UHGV virus genome: UHGV-1634740
From: a virus
Length of the DNA: 16,327 nucleotides
Reading direction: 5' to 3' (one strand)
Both the position numbers and the translations under genes were made by a program. Shown here piece by piece: positions 13,899 to 16,327 of this stretch (position 1 is its first letter; every line of letters begins with the position of its first letter). The notes below the pieces were generated by a model. The model was given only the letters and a program-made list of their open reading frames with translations. It did not search any database and was not told where the DNA came from.

Positions 13899-13910
13899 AG
13901 GTCGCCGCCC
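13899..13910. other. cosN, 12-nt cohesive-end sequence GGGCGGCGACCT (minus-strand reading)
   Basis: Plus strand aggtcgccgccc at 13899-13910 is the exact reverse complement of the lambda cohesive end. Flanked on the other side by cgtaacctgtcgg, which is the lambda right-end ...CCGACAGGTTACG. Confidence 0.85.
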
Positions 13911-14109
13911 CGTAACCTGTCGGATCGCCGGAAAGGACCCGCAAAATGATAATAATTATCATCTGCATGTCACAACGTGCATCTACGCCATCAAACCACG
14001 TCAAATAATCAATTATGACGCAGGTATCGTATTAATTGATCTGCATCAACTTAACGTAAAAACAACTTCAGACAATACAAATCAGTGACACTGAATACAG
14101 GGCAACCTC

Positions 14110-14343
14110 ATGTCAACGAAGAACAGAACCCGCAGAACAACAACCCGCAACATCCGCTTTCCTAACCAAATGATTGAACAAATTAACATCGCTCTTGATC
14201 AAAAAGGGTCCGGGAATTTCTCAGCCTGGGTCATTGAAGCCTGCCGCCGAAGACTGTGCTCAGAAAAAAGAGTTTCGCCTGAAGCAAACAAAGAAAAGAG
14301 TGACATTACTGAATTGCTCAGAAAGCAGGTCAGACCAGATTGA
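14110..14343 (+). CDS. small basic protein, possibly a ribbon-helix-helix-like DNA-binding protein (tentatively YlcI/YnfO, DUF3950-like prophage protein)
   Basis: 77 aa ORF in an AT-rich segment on the strand opposite the phage late genes. Basic N-terminus (KNRTRRTTTRNIRF) followed by ...QINIALDQKGSGNFSAWVIEACRRRL, resembling Arc/CopG-type motifs. Family assignment is from memory and not verified. Confidence 0.5.
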   Translation: MSTKNRTRRTTTRNIRFPNQMIEQINIALDQKGSGNFSAWVIEACRRRLCSEKRVSPEANKEKSDITELLRKQVRPD

Positions 14344-14371
14344 AGCAATTTAGATAATCGTGCAGACTAGG

Positions 14372-14397
14372 TACCTTCATATCACATGGAAGGTACT
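14372..14397 (+). promoter_or_regulatory. stem-loop overlapping the ribosome binding site of the downstream ORF
   Basis: gtaccttc (14371-14378), 10-nt loop, gaaggtac (14389-14396): a perfect 8-bp inverted repeat. The right arm contains the GGAAGG Shine-Dalgarno-like motif 7 nt upstream of ATG 14401; the first ATG (14386) lies in the loop. Confidence 0.4.
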
Positions 14398-14400
14398 ACA

Positions 14401-14811
14401 ATGGCTCAGGTTGCCATTTTTAAACAAATATTCGATAAAGTGCGAAATAATTTAAACTATCACTGGTTTTATTCTGAACTAAAACGTCACAATGTCTCAC
14501 ATTACATTTACTATTTAGCCACAGAGAATATTCATCTTGTTCTTGAAAACGATAATACGGTTTTAATAAAAGGACAGAGTAAGGTTGTAAATGTAAGATT
14601 TTCAAAAAATAAATGCCTTATAGAAGCCACCTTAAAAGGATTCAAATCAGGAGAGTTATCATTTTACGAATACAGGAAAAATCTTGCTACAGCAGGGGTT
14701 TTCAGATGGATTACAAATATCCACGAAAACAAAAGGTATTACTATACCTTTGATAATTCATTACTCTTTACTGAGAACATTCAGAACACCACACAAATAT
14801 TTCCGCACTAA
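14401..14811 (+). CDS. hypothetical prophage accessory protein (tentatively DUF1398/YbcV-like); start 14386 or 14401
   Basis: Strongly AT-rich ORF with no overlap with phage structural genes: [59 protein letters not shown].... Its position between the lysis cassette and cos is typical for lambdoid accessory genes. Confidence 0.5.
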   Translation: MAQVAIFKQIFDKVRNNLNYHWFYSELKRHNVSHYIYYLATENIHLVLENDNTVLIKGQSKVVNVRFSKNKCLIEATLKGFKSGELSFYEYRKNLATAGVFRWITNIHENKRYYYTFDNSLLFTENIQNTTQIFPH

Positions 14812-14856
14812 ATCATAACGTCCGGTTTCTTCCGTGCCAGAACCGGACTCGCTGGC

Positions 14857-15051
14857 ATGATGAAATATGTGTACCCGGTAACCCCGGTGTGCATCGTTTT
14901 TGATTATTCCCGCACACTCGCGCAGAAGGAGTTCCCCGTCGGGCTACGGTCTCTGTTAATACGGGAATACGGCGACGATACAGCGCATGATGTGTCAGGC
15001 TTGAATACCTTTATCCTTCAAAAGGGATATCAGTTAAGTTATCCCGTGTAG
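14857..15051 (+). CDS. hypothetical small protein (weak call)
   Basis: 64-codon ORF immediately followed by a plus-strand terminator hairpin. No recognisable motif. Confidence 0.3.
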   Translation: MMKYVYPVTPVCIVFDYSRTLAQKEFPVGLRSLLIREYGDDTAHDVSGLNTFILQKGYQLSYPV

Positions 15052-15066
15052 GGTATAAGCATTATC

Positions 15067-15093
15067 AAAGCCACTCTGTAGGAAGTGGCTTTT
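15067..15093 (+). terminator. intrinsic terminator-like hairpin ending the plus-strand accessory gene unit
   Basis: aaagccact (15067-15075), 8-nt loop, agtggcttt (15084-15092): a perfect 9-bp stem whose 3' arm ends in a UUU(U) run. Confidence 0.5.
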
Positions 15094-15103
15094 GTAATGG
15101 CAA

Positions 15104-15127
15104 TAAAAAGCCCCGCGAATGCGAGGC
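15104..15127 (-). terminator. intrinsic terminator-like hairpin on the minus strand, about 175 nt downstream of Rz
   Basis: Minus strand reads GCCUCGC-AUUC-GCGGGGC (7-bp stem with one G-U pair) followed by UUUUUAUU (plus strand 15105-15109 aaaaa). Convergent with the plus-strand terminator 10-15 nt away. Confidence 0.5.
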
Positions 15128-15301
15128 TAAATCCTGGTATTTGTAATGACTGGCTCTTATCTCAACGCAGCCCCTTACCGCGCGCAAAATGCTCAATATC
15201 AAGCATCAGCAATGAGATGTTTAATCTGGATTCACTCCAGAAGTGAGCACCACCCTGTCTACAGAGCCAGATGTGAAGGATGATGAGTAAAATTATCGCT
15301 A

Positions 15302-15768
15302 TCATCGAAGGCATTGCGTCCTGATGTATTCCTGAAGCGTTCTCAATGCTGTTTGGTCGCGGATAATTCCGTCCCGGATACCGAGAACGTTTCGTCCAGC
15401 AACTGGAGAGAGTTCGACGGTGGCATCATTGCCCATGCCGGAGGCGCTGGAGGTTTCGGCTGAGGATGGCACAGGCATTTTCCTTTGACGAGCACCCGAC
15501 CACCATTATCAAGCTTGCGCCGAAGAGCATCATTTTCAGCTTTCGCATCAGCTAACTCCTTCGTGTATTTATCATCGAGTGCATCAGCATCACGCTGGCG
15601 CTGCTGCATGTCAGTAATGGTGGCGTTCGCCTTCTCCAGTTCACTGGCCTTGTTATCGCGCTGTTCTTTGTAGGCGATTGCATTATCACGGTAATGATTA
15701 ACAGCCCATGACAGGCAGACGATGATGCAGATAACCAGAGCGGAGATAATCGCGGTTACTCTGCTCAT
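15302..15768 (-). CDS. Rz: i-spanin Rz; single frame break near 15480-15500 as sequenced
   Basis: N-terminus [83 protein letters not shown] has the Rz transmembrane anchor and coiled coil. After the break the Rz-like C-terminus (...[50 protein letters not shown] stop) continues in another frame and ends at 15302. Confidence 0.8.
15343..15547 (-). CDS. Rz1: o-spanin Rz1 embedded in Rz (+1 frame); broken by the same indel as Rz
   Basis: Embedded frame gives [22 protein letters not shown]... (signal peptide plus lipobox VVGC). The proline-rich part ...[18 protein letters not shown]...SATKQH stop is found in the frame that track ORF 15343..15768 ends in. Confidence 0.65.
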
Positions 15769-16239
15769 ACCTCAATCTCTCTGACCGTTCCGCCAGCTTC
15801 TTTGAATTTTGCAATCAGACTGTCAGCCTTATGCTCGAACTGACCATAACCAGCGCCCGGCAGTGAAGCCATATATTGCTGCAACGGTCGATAGCCTGAC
15901 GGATATCACCGCGATCAATCATCGGCAAAGCGCCACGCTCTTTAATCTGCTGCAGCGCTACAGCATCCTGACTTCTGGAGAAAAATCTTTCAGGCCAAGT
16001 TGCTTGCGGTAGGCATCCCACCAGCGTGAAAGAAGCTGGTAACGTCCAGCGGCTGTTGATTTGAGTTTCGGATTTAGCGTGACAAGTTTGCGGGGGTGAT
16101 CGGAGTAATCAGTGAACAGTTCGCCACCGACAATAACATCATAACCGTGATTTCTGGTTTTCTGCCGTCCGTTATCTGTTCCTTCTGACCATGCCACCAT
16201 ATCAAGGAAAGCTTTACGCTGGGAATTAAGTGTCTGCAT
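15765..16239 (-). CDS. R: endolysin R (lambda R-type transglycosylase); at least two frame breaks as sequenced
   Basis: ORF 15958..16239 reads [91 protein letters not shown] 15815..16021 continues ...[35 protein letters not shown]. Reconstructed stop overlaps the Rz ATG (ATGA at 15768-15765). Confidence 0.88.
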
Positions 16240-16242
16240 TAA

Positions 16243-16327
16243 TTACTCCTTATGGGCACCGAACTTGTTACCGATGACCCTCATTGCCGCACCACGAATA
16301 GCATCAACACCAATCAGCCACCCACCA
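16243..16327 (-). CDS. 3' end of a probable holin gene (S-like); 5' part lies beyond window end
   Basis: Open frame to the window edge ending ...GGWLIGVDAIRGAAMRVIGNKFGAHKE stop (TAA 16245-16243), immediately upstream of the R start, with AAGGAG as the R ribosome binding site. Only weak resemblance to the lambda S C-terminus; called from position. Confidence 0.45.
   Translation of the reverse strand, partial: GGWLIGVDAIRGAAMRVIGNKFGAHKE

Noticed and set aside
13930-15060. The accessory island as a candidate anti-phage defence or toxin-antitoxin system
   Set aside because: The ORFs are small and lack recognisable nuclease, ATPase, NTPase or toxin motifs. A small DNA-binding protein followed by a larger ORF could in principle be a regulator-effector pair, but nothing in the sequence supports a specific system, so I report it as accessory genes of unknown function only.
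16243-16327. Calling the partial upstream ORF lambda S by name
   Set aside because: Only about 28 C-terminal residues are visible and they match my memory of lambda S weakly; I keep it as a positional holin candidate without a gene symbol.

Overview
This window is the late (lysis, packaging, head and tail) region of a lambda-like (lambdoid) phage or prophage, read in reverse orientation. I did not find a convincing undescribed system. On the minus strand, from high to low coordinates: holin 3' end (partial), endolysin R, spanins Rz/Rz1, then cos (cosN 12-nt GGGCGGCGACCT and cosB), then Nu1, A, W, B, C (with nested Nu3), D, E, FI, FII, Z, U, V, G/T, H, M and L (runs off the window start). Between cos and the lysis cassette lies an AT-rich island of three small plus-strand ORFs, closed by back-to-back convergent terminator hairpins; a lambda bor-like gene is absent. 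The most striking feature is that most of these otherwise well-conserved genes are frame-broken by single-base losses in short G/C or A/T runs. M, U, FI, E and the visible part of L are intact. I read this pattern as more likely a sequencing or assembly artefact than real gene decay, but it cannot be decided from the sequence alone. All lambda comparisons are from my memory of the lambda proteins, not from a search; coordinates of frame-broken genes are reconstructed spans and are approximate at the broken ends.
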